Both the position numbers and the translations under genes were made by a program. A DNA stretch of 32,000 nucleotides from Sinobacterium norvegicum (lineage in GTDB: Bacteria; Pseudomonadota; Gammaproteobacteria; Pseudomonadales; Sinobacteriaceae). Positions 1 through 9,560 of this stretch are shown here, piece by piece. Location of the stretch: NCBI RefSeq assembly GCF_923077115.1, contig NZ_CAKLPX010000001.1, forward strand, positions 1,799,565 to 1,831,564. The letters are read 5' to 3'. Positions within the stretch are counted from its first letter, which is position 1; every line of letters begins with the position of its first letter. Below the pieces are notes generated by a model. It was not told the DNA's origin and ran no database searches. It was given only the letters and a program-made list of their open reading frames with translations.

Positions 1-246
1 TTAGGCGTTAATCAGCTCGTCGACGGCAGTAACAATATCGGCGACAGTACGAACCTGCTTGAACTCTTCCGGCTTGATTTTCTCACCGGTGATATTTTGC
101 AGCTGCACAACTAGGTCAACCGCGTCGATGCTGTCGAGATCTAAGTCTTCATACAGATGGCTTTGCAGTGTCACCTGCTCGGCATCCAGCTCGAACAACT
201 CGACCATAATCGATTGAAGCTGGTTAAATATTTCTGCTTTATTCAC
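1..246 (-). CDS. Acyl carrier protein, second of a tandem ACP pair (ApeF-like position in an aryl-polyene-type operon)
   Basis: 81-aa ORF whose stop lies at the window edge. Phosphopantetheine attachment motif LDLDSIDAVDLV. Its start overlaps the upstream ACP stop by 8 nt. Confidence 0.85.
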   Translation of the reverse strand: MNKAEIFNQLQSIMVELFELDAEQVTLQSHLYEDLDLDSIDAVDLVVQLQNITGEKIKPEEFKQVRTVADIVTAVDELINA

Positions 247-508
247 CGCTATTACTCGCTGTAATCAACTGCACAAGAGCGTTAACACTGGCAAAATGCT
301 GCCGGCTCTCATTATCATCGGCATTGAGCACAATGTTGTATTTCTTTTTAACCGCCAGACCAAGTTCCAGCGCATCGATTGAATCCAACCCCAGACCTTC
401 ACCAAACAAGGGCTCTGCTGAGTCAATCTCCGAGGCGTCAATATCCTCTAAGTTCAAACACTCGATAATCAGTGTTTTAACTTCTAAATCTAAGCTTTGC
501 ATGTCCAT
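239..508 (-). CDS. Acyl carrier protein, first of the tandem pair (ApeE-like position)
   Basis: 89-aa ORF with GLGLDSIDALEL serine attachment motif. It lies directly downstream of the acyltransferase on the same strand. Confidence 0.85.
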   Translation of the reverse strand: MDMQSLDLEVKTLIIECLNLEDIDASEIDSAEPLFGEGLGLDSIDALELGLAVKKKYNIVLNADDNESRQHFASVNALVQLITASNSGE

Positions 509-550
509 CCTATCTCTTCGAATACAACACCATGACGAGAACGCTCGTCA

Positions 551-1315
551 TTATTTCGGCTGTAGTTTCTCACTAAAAACTCGGGTTAGCTCTCTCGCGG
601 CCCTCGACTTCGGTAAATCTGCGTCGAGTAATGTCTCCACCGCTAACTTTTCCCCTATAGTAACACTAAATACCGGCTTAGTTTCAGGGATGTAGTGCCA
701 GGGGTCTGTTTTTGCCAGCATTCTAGGCGTTACATCTATATGACAAAACAAAATTTCGGCGTCAGTACGAGCCGCAATATTCCCCGCACCTCGCTGCAGC
801 TCAATAGGCATACCTTCTTGCGAGCGTGTCCCCTCTGGAAAGATCAGCAAGTTATCCCCGGCCAGCATCGACTGATGACAACCTTCTAGCATTGAGCCAC
901 CCTGATTATTCGAAATATAACCCGCCGCTCGTATCACCCCCCCCATAAAGACATTGCTCCACAACGCCTCCTTAACAATGCAATTGCAATCGGGCAATTT
1001 TGAGGCAATCAGCACATAGTCGATTAATGAAGGGTGGTTAGCCAGCACCAGCACACCGCGCTGGTGGGCCAGTTTTTCAACCCCGTACCAACGCACACTG
1101 ATCACCCCCAAAAATTCCATCATGGCGACAAAGCAACGAAACGCCAACTGAATACAGAACCGAGCACGATTAACTCGGCGCTGCGGATCACGGTTAAACA
1201 GCGCTAATAGTAGTAACAACACAGCCAATACCAAACCACCGAGACCAAAGCAGGTAAAGGAGATAGCCGTTGCAAATAGACGCCAGCCACGCTTTAGACG
1301 GACTAACATGGGCAA
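551..1315 (-). CDS. Lysophospholipid acyltransferase (PlsC/LPLAT family; ApeD-like position)
   Basis: 254 aa. N-terminal TM segment, HX4D motif (NHPSLIDY) and FPEGTRS motif typical of glycerolipid acyltransferases. Its start abuts the stop of the upstream KS-like gene (1316). Confidence 0.85.
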   Translation of the reverse strand: MPMLVRLKRGWRLFATAISFTCFGLGGLVLAVLLLLLALFNRDPQRRVNRARFCIQLAFRCFVAMMEFLGVISVRWYGVEKLAHQRGVLVLANHPSLIDYVLIASKLPDCNCIVKEALWSNVFMGGVIRAAGYISNNQGGSMLEGCHQSMLAGDNLLIFPEGTRSQEGMPIELQRGAGNIAARTDAEILFCHIDVTPRMLAKTDPWHYIPETKPVFSVTIGEKLAVETLLDADLPKSRAARELTRVFSEKLQPK

Positions 1316-2011
1316 CTAATAACAAGTAAGGGCAAAACAGCCTCCATCGGCTCGATCTTCTGCTAATACAATCTGACCAAGCAGCGATAACAGGTCGTCA
1401 TCACTGCCATAGCTCAGGGTTTCAGGGCGGCTATCCCCTGCGCGCAACACCAAGCCTAGGGCCAGGTTTTGATTCCCCCCCTGACAGGTCGGTTGAAAGA
1501 TATCGGGGACTGGCTCGTCAAAGTATTGCAACAAAACACTGTGCGTCGGATTTTGCTGCAAATAGATGTAACACTCTATCCAGGCTTGAGAGAACGTCTG
1601 CTCTCCACCAGCGATGGAGTTAACCGGCAGTCGCTGAGTGCTGATAATCGTATGCAGTCCAGCACTGGTATTATGTACTGACTGAGAAAAGCCCATCGGA
1701 GAGACATCGTCGCCGGCTATCAGCCCTTCTATAAGCTTGGCGGTACGTGGCAATTCACCGTGGCGACTGGCAAATACGGCATAGTCAAAGCGTGCACTTT
1801 GCTGTGCCAAGGTTAATGAGCACTGTAATGCTCGCTTGGTCAAAGACGACATTCGCCTTCGCATATTGGCTGGCAGCACGACCATCTCATCACCGGACCG
1901 GTCGAGATTTTCATTGTCCTGGGCGGCAAAAAATCGCCGCCATTGAGCCCTGCTATCAATATCCGCATTGAGAGCAAACCAGTTGTCGACCAAAAGGGGT
2001 ATCGCCGGCAT
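1316..2011 (-). CDS. Beta-ketoacyl synthase N-terminal-like / chain-length-factor-like protein (ApeC-like position)
   Basis: 231-aa ORF. The order KS-like, LPLAT, ACP, ACP matches the apeC-D-E-F order of aryl-polyene clusters. It is too short to be a full KS. Assignment rests on context and general resemblance, not on a catalytic motif. Confidence 0.6.
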   Translation of the reverse strand: MPAIPLLVDNWFALNADIDSRAQWRRFFAAQDNENLDRSGDEMVVLPANMRRRMSSLTKRALQCSLTLAQQSARFDYAVFASRHGELPRTAKLIEGLIAGDDVSPMGFSQSVHNTSAGLHTIISTQRLPVNSIAGGEQTFSQAWIECYIYLQQNPTHSVLLQYFDEPVPDIFQPTCQGGNQNLALGLVLRAGDSRPETLSYGSDDDLLSLLGQIVLAEDRADGGCFALTCY

Positions 2012-2160
2012 AGCAAACCTATAAAACCTGTGAAATAGAGCGTTTAGGAGAATGATGGGCGTCTATTGTTTATTGTAATTCGCGACATTATAGCGGAATA
2101 CTCGCCCGCGGGGGGAGAGGATGAACAGCCTAGCACACGAAAAAAACGCAAAAAAAATGC

Positions 2161-2174
2161 TTGATTCAAGTCAA
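2161..2174. promoter_or_regulatory. FNR/DNR/NnrR-type box TTGATTCAAGTCAA (9/10 match to TTGAT-N4-ATCAA)
   Basis: Read directly from the sequence. Centred about 95 bp upstream of the nosR GTG, in the divergent spacer shared with the APE-type operon. Confidence 0.55.
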
Positions 2175-2262
2175 CATGTCAAGTGTTTGCATGTGACAAA
2201 TTGTCGCACCGGGCTAATAATCTATGTAGGTAAGTTAATTATTCTACACATAGGGATTTCAT

Positions 2263-4410
2263 GTGGGTAAATTAAGCTCTTGGTTTTCTAGCGCAAGAAT
2301 CATTACCTTACTATGCTCGCTGCTAGCATCCAACCCTGCCCTAACCGCCGGTCTAATTGTCAGCCCTGCCAAAGCCGCCAAACCCTTTATCGAGTCAGCC
2401 TTTCCTGAGGCCACGTCTATTGGCACAAAAGAAGGTGAGCTGCCCAGCTGGACGATTCGCAACGGCGAAGAGGTCATCGGTTATTCCTTCGAGACAGATG
2501 ATATTGCCCCCATCCCCGCCTATTCTGGCGAACCGGTTAACAGTCTAGTGTCTATCGATATGCGCGGGAGAATCATCGCTGTTAATGTCCTCGAACACCA
2601 CGAACCCATTTTATTGATTGGTATTCCCGAGCAAAAGCTGCATGACTTCACCGATCAATACACCGGCTTTATGTCGACCGATGTGGTGAAAATCGGTGGT
2701 CGGAAAGGTGACGATAGCATCCACGTCGATGGGCTTTCCGGTGCCACCGTCACCGTAATGGTGGTCAATCTTGGCATCATGCGAGCAGCCAAAATAGTCG
2801 CCAGAGACAAGGGCATTATTGCTTACGACGATATCGATAAACAGCCAGCCGCCACGATCAACCACGACTTTAAACAAGCTGCTGACTGGAGCCAATTAAC
2901 CGGTGATGGTTCTATACGTCGCATGGTTTTAAAAAATGCCGATGTCGAGCAATCCTTTCTTGGCACCACAGGGGAGAGGACTACTCCGCTGTCACAATCA
3001 GAGGCAAACAAGCCGTTTATCGATCTTTACTATACCCAGATTGACCTTCCGGGTATCGGCCCCAATGTACTTGGCGATAGCGAGTACCAGTGGTTGCGCG
3101 ATAAATTGAAAGCAGGGGAGTTTGCTTTGGCCCTTATGGGTAATGGCTTTTCCTTTAAGGGGTCGGGCTATGTACGCGGCGGGATCTTTGATCGCATCCA
3201 AATTCACCAAGGTGAAAATGTTTTCAGCTTCCGCGATTTAGATCAGTATCGCATCAATGATATCTATGCCGCCGGCGCCCCCTATTTCTCCGAGATGTCG
3301 ATATTTATTATTCGTGACCACCATCAATTTGATCCGGGCAGCGAATGGGAAATCGAACTGCTGGTTCGCCGCCAAACAGGACCATTAGACAGTATTTTCA
3401 GCAGTTTCAAAACTCACTACCTGCCGATAGAAAAATATTTAATACGGCCTGAGATAAAGAGAGAGAAAGACCTCTCTAGCCTTCCACTTTGGCAGCAGAT
3501 TTGGCACGCCAAACAAGTGCCCGTCACCATTCTAATCATCAGTATGATGCTAATCTTGGTGGTGATTTTTCTGCAGGATTGGATGGTGAAATTCCCCCGC
3601 TCCCTTCATATCTTTCGGCGAATATTCTTGATCTATACCGTGCTGTTTGTCGGCTGGTACTCCCTGGGGCAAGTGTCAGTTGTTAATGTTTTGACCTTTA
3701 CTCAAGCCCTGATGACCGGGTTTCACTGGCAGACCTTCTTATTAGATCCGATTATCTTCTGCCTGTGGGTTTTTATCGCCGTCACCATTTTATTATGGGG
3801 CCGAGGTATTTTCTGTGGTTGGTTATGCCCATTTGGCGCACTGCAAGAATTGGTCAGTGAGCTCGCCGTCAAACTCAAGGTGCCACAGTATATCGTACCC
3901 TTTGCTGTTCATGAGCGCCTATGGGCTGTTAAGTATCTAGTTTTACTAGCTTTGTTTGGCTTATCTTTGGAGTCTCTACAAACTGCCGAGGTATATGCCG
4001 AGGTTGAGCCCTTCAAAACCGTTTTCCTATTACGCTTTGATCGCGACTGGCCGTTCATTCTATACGCCACCGCCCTGATTCTGGTGTCGGTATTCAGTCG
4101 CAAGGTTTATTGCCGCTATGTCTGCCCATTGGGTGCCGCCATCGCCATTCCATCGGGTATTCGCTTATTCGATTGGCTAAAACGCCGCAAAGAGTGTGGC
4201 GAACCATGCCAACTATGCGCTAACGAATGTGAAATTGGGGCAATAGAAAAAAACGGGGATATTAATTTGCGCGAGTGCCATCACTGCCTCGATTGCCAAG
4301 TCACATACCACAATGAAAGTAAATGTCCGCCACTTATTATCAAGCAGAAAAAAAATTCACGTCACAAACAAAAGACCGTGACCACTGAACCCGTTCGCAT
4401 AGTTGAATAA
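2263..4410 (+). CDS. nosR: NosR, membrane-bound FMN/Fe-S regulator and electron-donor protein for N2O reductase
   Basis: 715 aa, GTG start preceded by AGGGA. Periplasmic FMN-binding motif DGLSGATVT, multiple TM helices, CGWLCPFGALQE and CRYVCPLGA motifs, and C-terminal ferredoxin-type cysteine clusters (CQLCANEC, CHHCLDC). Immediately upstream of nosZ. Confidence 0.9.
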   Translation: MGKLSSWFSSARIITLLCSLLASNPALTAGLIVSPAKAAKPFIESAFPEATSIGTKEGELPSWTIRNGEEVIGYSFETDDIAPIPAYSGEPVNSLVSIDMRGRIIAVNVLEHHEPILLIGIPEQKLHDFTDQYTGFMSTDVVKIGGRKGDDSIHVDGLSGATVTVMVVNLGIMRAAKIVARDKGIIAYDDIDKQPAATINHDFKQAADWSQLTGDGSIRRMVLKNADVEQSFLGTTGERTTPLSQSEANKPFIDLYYTQIDLPGIGPNVLGDSEYQWLRDKLKAGEFALALMGNGFSFKGSGYVRGGIFDRIQIHQGENVFSFRDLDQYRINDIYAAGAPYFSEMSIFIIRDHHQFDPGSEWEIELLVRRQTGPLDSIFSSFKTHYLPIEKYLIRPEIKREKDLSSLPLWQQIWHAKQVPVTILIISMMLILVVIFLQDWMVKFPRSLHIFRRIFLIYTVLFVGWYSLGQVSVVNVLTFTQALMTGFHWQTFLLDPIIFCLWVFIAVTILLWGRGIFCGWLCPFGALQELVSELAVKLKVPQYIVPFAVHERLWAVKYLVLLALFGLSLESLQTAEVYAEVEPFKTVFLLRFDRDWPFILYATALILVSVFSRKVYCRYVCPLGAAIAIPSGIRLFDWLKRRKECGEPCQLCANECEIGAIEKNGDINLRECHHCLDCQVTYHNESKCPPLIIKQKKNSRHKQKTVTTEPVRIVE

Positions 4411-4457
4411 GCCGCTGGACAACAGCACCTACTAAACAGAGAGAGTAAGGGAATATT

Positions 4458-6365
4458 ATGAAAAAGAATGATAACCCAACAGAACTATCTGGCGAGATTA
4501 ATGCCGAAGACAGCTCTAACGGACTTAGCCGACGCGGTTTCTTAGGTGCCGGGGCTGTTGCCGCAGCAGGAGCGGTGCCAATGACGGCAGCAATGTTTGC
4601 CGCTAGCGCAAAAACTCAGGCCGCCGAAATTCGCAACGATACCTCAGTTCATCCAGGCGAGCTCGATGAATACTATGGTTTCTGGAGTGGCGGTCACTCA
4701 GGTGAAATCCGTATTTTAGGTATTCCATCTATGCGGGAACTCATGCGTATTCCCGTCTTTAATACAGACAGCGCAACAGGCTGGGGGCTTACCAACGAAT
4801 CTAAGCGCGTTAAGGGCGACAGCGCTCACATACACGCTGGCGATTGTCACCACCCTCACATGAGCATGACTGACGGCCATTACAACGGTAAATATGTTTT
4901 CATTAATGACAAGGCCAATTCTCGGGTTGCGCGCGTCCGATGTGACGTGATGAAAACAGATAAGATGATCACCATCCCAAACGTACAGGCGATTCATGGC
5001 CTGCGTGTACAGAAGGTGCCATATACTAAGTATGTCATCTGTAATGCTGAATTTGAAATTCCAATGAACAACGATGGCAAGTCTTCGATGGAAGACGTTA
5101 GCACCTACCGCTCGTTGTTCAATGTTATCGATGCCGAGGCTATGGAGGTCGCATTCCAAGTGATGGTTGACGGTAACCTGGATAATACTGATGCGGATTA
5201 CGATGGTCGATTCTTTGCCTCGACATGTTACAACTCCGAAATGGGTATGACCTTGGGCGAAATGGTCGTTGCCGAGCGAGACCATGTTGTCATTTTTGAT
5301 CTACACGCCTGCGAGAAAGCACTCAAGGCTGGAAAATTTAAAACTTACAATGACAATAAGGTGCCAGTATTAGATGGCACCAAGGGTTCCAATCTAACGC
5401 GTTACATTCCTGTGCCCAAGTCTCCGCACGGTCTAAACACCTCTTCTGATGGCAAGTATTTTGTCGCTAACGGTAAACTTTCACCCACTGTCTCAGTTAT
5501 TTCCATCAAGAAACTCGCCGACTTATTCGATGATAAAATAAAGCCCCGCGATGCCATCGTGGCAGAGCCTGAGCTGGGTCTTGGGCCACTGCATACAGCC
5601 TTCGATAATCGCGGCAATGCCTACACCACCTTATTCTTGGATAGCCAAATAGCCAAGTGGAATGTTGAAGAGGCTATTGAGGCTTACCAAGGCAAAAAGG
5701 TCAACTATATACGTCAAAAATTGGATGTGCATTATCAGCCAGGGCACAACCATACATCGCAGGGCGAAACCCGAGACGCTGACGGGAAGTGGCTAATCTC
5801 ATTATGTAAATTTTCGAAAGACAGATTCCTCCCCGTGGGGCCGTTGCACCCTGAAAATGACCAGCTGATTGACATCTCTGGCGACGAGATGAAGCTAGTA
5901 CACGATGGCCCGACCTATGCTGAACCACATGACTGCATGATTGTTCACCGCAGCAAGGTAAAGCCTAAGAAGGTCTGGACCCGAGACGATCCAATCTTCG
6001 CAGAGACTGTTGCCATGGCGAAGAGAGATGGTGTCAATGTTGAGAGTGATAACAAGATAATCCGTGACGGTAATAAGGTTCGTGTTTATATGACCTCGGT
6101 AGCGCCAGCCTTCGGCATGAATGACTTCAAGGTCAAGTTGGGGAATGAGGTTACTGTCGTCGTTACTAATTTAGATAAAATTGAAGACGTAACACACGGT
6201 TTCTGTTTGACTAACCACGGGGTACAAATGGAAGTCGCGCCACAGGCAACCGCATCGATTACCTTCATCGCCGATAAACCGGGGGTTCAATGGTACTATT
6301 GCAATTGGTTCTGCCATGCTTTGCACATGGAAATGCGGGGCCGTATGTTTGTATCGGCAGAGTAA
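4458..6365 (+). CDS. nosZ: Nitrous-oxide reductase, clade I (Tat-exported)
   Basis: 635 aa. Twin-arginine signal [10 protein letters not shown]-terminal CuA motif [12 protein letters not shown] (C-x3-C-x3-H-x2-M) with upstream HGF. His-rich CuZ ligand regions (DCHHPH). SD-like TAAGGGA upstream. Confidence 0.97.
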   Translation: MKKNDNPTELSGEINAEDSSNGLSRRGFLGAGAVAAAGAVPMTAAMFAASAKTQAAEIRNDTSVHPGELDEYYGFWSGGHSGEIRILGIPSMRELMRIPVFNTDSATGWGLTNESKRVKGDSAHIHAGDCHHPHMSMTDGHYNGKYVFINDKANSRVARVRCDVMKTDKMITIPNVQAIHGLRVQKVPYTKYVICNAEFEIPMNNDGKSSMEDVSTYRSLFNVIDAEAMEVAFQVMVDGNLDNTDADYDGRFFASTCYNSEMGMTLGEMVVAERDHVVIFDLHACEKALKAGKFKTYNDNKVPVLDGTKGSNLTRYIPVPKSPHGLNTSSDGKYFVANGKLSPTVSVISIKKLADLFDDKIKPRDAIVAEPELGLGPLHTAFDNRGNAYTTLFLDSQIAKWNVEEAIEAYQGKKVNYIRQKLDVHYQPGHNHTSQGETRDADGKWLISLCKFSKDRFLPVGPLHPENDQLIDISGDEMKLVHDGPTYAEPHDCMIVHRSKVKPKKVWTRDDPIFAETVAMAKRDGVNVESDNKIIRDGNKVRVYMTSVAPAFGMNDFKVKLGNEVTVVVTNLDKIEDVTHGFCLTNHGVQMEVAPQATASITFIADKPGVQWYYCNWFCHALHMEMRGRMFVSAE

Positions 6366-6386
6366 CAGTAGATAGTCTCGGCACTT

Positions 6387-6426
6387 GAGGTGAGCCTACA
6401 AAGGCCACCTCTATAATTTTTATTTA
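6387..6426 (+). terminator. Putative intrinsic terminator/attenuator after nosZ
   Basis: GAGGTGAGCC-TACAAA-GGCCACCTC hairpin (9 bp, one bulged A) followed by the T-rich tract TATAATTTTTATTT. Confidence 0.55.
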
Positions 6427-6494
6427 GCCTAGCTATATCTATTTTTTGAGCAATCAGCTCCCTTTTTACTTGAATTAAAAAAGAGAGGACGCTT

Positions 6495-7787
6495 TTGAAG
6501 TCAGTAAAAAAAATAATTTTCAATCTTACTTTAATAATATTTATTCCCGTTGCGAATGCCAAAATATGGCAGGTCTCCACACAAGACTCACTCCAGACAA
6601 TACTCGACTCTGCTAGCCCTGGGGATCAAGTACAGTTACTGCCAGGAAAATATTTAGGCAACTTTGTTATTAACCACAGCATTGATCTATCAGGTATGGA
6701 GGCCACCCTCGATGCTCAGGGGCATGGTCACGGGCTCTTAATTAATGCTGAGAATGTGACTATCGGCTCTCTTAGTATCGTCAACTGGGGAGATGATCTT
6801 ACAGAACAAAATTCTGGTATTTACTCCGACAGAAAATCTAATAACATCACCATTAAAAACTGCCTGCTAAAAGGCGATGGCTTTGGCGTCTGGCTACAAA
6901 ACGGTGAGCACAATACTATTTCCAATAACGTCGTCATTGGCAACGATACAATGCGTTCATCTGACCGCGGCAATGGCATCCAAATTTCCAACATAAAAAA
7001 CACCAAGGTGACTGGCAACAACATCAGCAAAAGCCGTGACGGGCTATATGTGATTTCAAGCACCAACAACACCATTAGTAACAATACCGTACACGATTTA
7101 CGCTATGGCATTCATTACATGTATTCTTATGATAATAAAATAATCTACAACCACGCCTACAACACACGCGCTGGATACGCCATGATGAACTCAAGGAATC
7201 TTGAAATTCGTGGAAACACTACTGAAAACAGTGATGACTATGGCTTCCTAATAAATTTTATTATTTACTCAAACTTCGAAGATAATATCGTTAAAAATGT
7301 TTGGACACCGGCGGATAAAAAAGTTCTCGGCCGCGACGGAAAGGGGCTTTTCATCTACAACTCAGGCTACAATACTATTCGCAACAATCATATCGAAAAC
7401 GCTGAGATCGGAATTCATTTAACCGCCGGTTCAGAAGAGGTGGAAGTCTCAGGTAATAACTTCATCGACAATCAGATACAAGTAAAGTACGTCTCCAACA
7501 AAAAACAGGAGTGGAGCCAAGAAATCAATGGCGTACGACAGGGTAATTATTGGAGTAACTACAGAGGCTGGGATATGTCCGGCGACGGTAAGGGCGATAT
7601 TCCCTTCGAGCCAAATGATAGTATCGATAAATTATTTTGGAAATACCCGGAAGCTAAGTTTTTAATGGACAGTCCTGCCATTTTATTATTGCGCTGGGTT
7701 CAGCAACAGTTTCCCGTTTTAAAATCACCTGGGGTGAAAGATTCCAGTCCACTGATGAAGCCTAACATGGCCATGGCGGTAAAATAA
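6495..7787 (+). CDS. nosD: NosD, periplasmic parallel beta-helix protein required for CuZ assembly
   Basis: 430 aa. TTG start with AGAGAGGA SD, signal peptide, repeated PbH1-type repeats (NNITIKNC, NNVVIGN, VTGNNISKS, ISNNTVHD). Position between nosZ and nosF. Confidence 0.9.
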   Translation: MKSVKKIIFNLTLIIFIPVANAKIWQVSTQDSLQTILDSASPGDQVQLLPGKYLGNFVINHSIDLSGMEATLDAQGHGHGLLINAENVTIGSLSIVNWGDDLTEQNSGIYSDRKSNNITIKNCLLKGDGFGVWLQNGEHNTISNNVVIGNDTMRSSDRGNGIQISNIKNTKVTGNNISKSRDGLYVISSTNNTISNNTVHDLRYGIHYMYSYDNKIIYNHAYNTRAGYAMMNSRNLEIRGNTTENSDDYGFLINFIIYSNFEDNIVKNVWTPADKKVLGRDGKGLFIYNSGYNTIRNNHIENAEIGIHLTAGSEEVEVSGNNFIDNQIQVKYVSNKKQEWSQEINGVRQGNYWSNYRGWDMSGDGKGDIPFEPNDSIDKLFWKYPEAKFLMDSPAILLLRWVQQQFPVLKSPGVKDSSPLMKPNMAMAVK

Positions 7788-8737
7788 TGACAAACGACAT
7801 CGCTGTTGAATTAACAGCTGCCTGTAAATACTACCCGACTGTCGACGCTCTCCACCCCTTAACCATGTCGGTCAAAGCAGGCGAAGTATTAGGGCTATTT
7901 GGCCACAACGGTGCGGGCAAAACCACCTTGATGAAAATCATCCTAGGTGTATTAAAACCTAGTGCCGGGAATGTATCAGTGCTTGGTCATTGCCCCCGAA
8001 GCAATCAAGCCCATAGCTACCGAACCCTATTCGGCTACCTGCCAGAGAATGTCAGCTTTTATGAGCAACTAACAGGTCGAGAAGTTCTTCACTATTTGGC
8101 TAAATTAAAAGGCCACAGTAAGACTCAGGCAGACGAGTTGCTAGCGGCAGTCAGCCTAACTCAGGCCTGCGATCGTGCGGTAAAAACATACTCAAAAGGC
8201 ATGCGCCAACGATTAGGCTTGGCTCAGGCTTTTCTGGGAGAGCCTAAATTATTAATCCTTGATGAGCCAACTGTTGGTCTCGATCCGGTCGCAACACAGG
8301 ACTTTTATCAAACCGTCGACCGCCTTAAATCGGGTGGCTGCGCAGTTATCTTATGCTCTCACATATTACCCGGAGTCGAGCAACATATCGATCGAGCTAT
8401 GATCTTAAGCAAGGGCTATAAATTAGCGCTTGGGCCTCTGGATGAGCTAAGATCTTTCGCCAAACTGCCTATTGAAATTTCTGTGTCTGGTATGTCTCGC
8501 TCTGAAATAGAGCATAAATTGAGCGGGGTGATCGATGACACCGAGTGGTCTGGAGAAGCATCCGGGGAAGGCCTCGTTCGATTTACCGCCCAGACAGAGA
8601 AGAAGCTCGATATTCTTAAGCGTTTGTCCACATCAGAAGCACTGCAGGACCTCCATATTCAACTGCCTTCGCTAGAGGACTTATATCGATTTTATTCGAC
8701 GCGTAAGCAACCAGTGGGGGAAGGTATTAATGAATAA
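7787..8737 (+). CDS. nosF: NosF, ABC transporter ATP-binding protein
   Basis: 316 aa. Walker A GHNGAGKTT, ABC signature YSKGMRQRL, Walker B LLILDEP. ATG overlaps the nosD stop (TAATG). Confidence 0.9.
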   Translation: MTNDIAVELTAACKYYPTVDALHPLTMSVKAGEVLGLFGHNGAGKTTLMKIILGVLKPSAGNVSVLGHCPRSNQAHSYRTLFGYLPENVSFYEQLTGREVLHYLAKLKGHSKTQADELLAAVSLTQACDRAVKTYSKGMRQRLGLAQAFLGEPKLLILDEPTVGLDPVATQDFYQTVDRLKSGGCAVILCSHILPGVEQHIDRAMILSKGYKLALGPLDELRSFAKLPIEISVSGMSRSEIEHKLSGVIDDTEWSGEASGEGLVRFTAQTEKKLDILKRLSTSEALQDLHIQLPSLEDLYRFYSTRKQPVGEGINE

Positions 8738-9560
8738 AATTTTTATTGTTGCACAAAAAGAATTTCATGACGGCATTCGCAACCGCTGGGCTGGCGCCAT
8801 TACCCTTATTTTTATCTTGATGTCTCTGGGTCTGGCTTATTTTGGCTCAGCCGCAGCTGGGGTGCTAGGTTTTTCATCGCTGGAGTCTACCTTGGTCAGC
8901 CTTGCCAGTTTATCCGTAATGCTGGTTCCGCTGATAGCACTGATGCTGTCCTACAATTGCTTTGTCGGTGAACTGGAACAAGGCACCTTATTATTACTAA
9001 TGACCTACCCGATCAGTAAAGCGCAACTGCTATTAGGCAAGTTTGTCGGCCAAGCCAGCATCATCACCCTGGCCTCAGCCCTTGGCTTTGGTCTACCTGC
9101 GGTCATTATATGCCTCATCAGCGATGTAGACGTGCCAGTGGTGCTAACAGCTTTCTCACAGTTCATTATCCTCGCCAGTTTGTTGGGCTGGGTCTTTATC
9201 GCGCTGGCCTATATTATCAGCGTGTCGGTAACGGAGAAATCCAAGGCTGCAGGGCTTGCCTTGATTGCCTGGTTCTTATCCGTGCTTGTCTTTGACCTAC
9301 TATTAATGGCAATCCTGGTGGCCAGCGACGGCAACATTAACCAAACCCTGGTACCCTTTCTGCTATGGGTAAACCCGACTGACGTTTTCCGCATTCTGGT
9401 TTATACCGTCATTGAGGCTGATCGTTATTCTGGCGTACTACAAATTGCAACACATGGCGCCGACGGTACCGCCTACCTCATCATCGTCATGTTGCTCTGG
9501 GTGACCTTACCTTTGTTAGGCTCATGGTGGATATTTAACCGTAAAGAGTTATCAGAATAA
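8730..9560 (+). CDS. nosY: NosY, ABC-2 type permease
   Basis: 276 aa polytopic membrane protein. 8-nt overlap with nosF. Canonical position in nosDFYL. Confidence 0.85.
   Translation: MNKIFIVAQKEFHDGIRNRWAGAITLIFILMSLGLAYFGSAAAGVLGFSSLESTLVSLASLSVMLVPLIALMLSYNCFVGELEQGTLLLLMTYPISKAQLLLGKFVGQASIITLASALGFGLPAVIICLISDVDVPVVLTAFSQFIILASLLGWVFIALAYIISVSVTEKSKAAGLALIAWFLSVLVFDLLLMAILVASDGNINQTLVPFLLWVNPTDVFRILVYTVIEADRYSGVLQIATHGADGTAYLIIVMLLWVTLPLLGSWWIFNRKELSE

Noticed and set aside
4716-5285. A 189-aa ORF antisense to nosZ, plus other antisense or alternate-frame ORFs inside nosR, nosZ, nosD and nosL in the track.
   Set aside because: It lies entirely within a confidently identified gene on the other strand, and no motif is recognisable. 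These are typical shadow ORFs.
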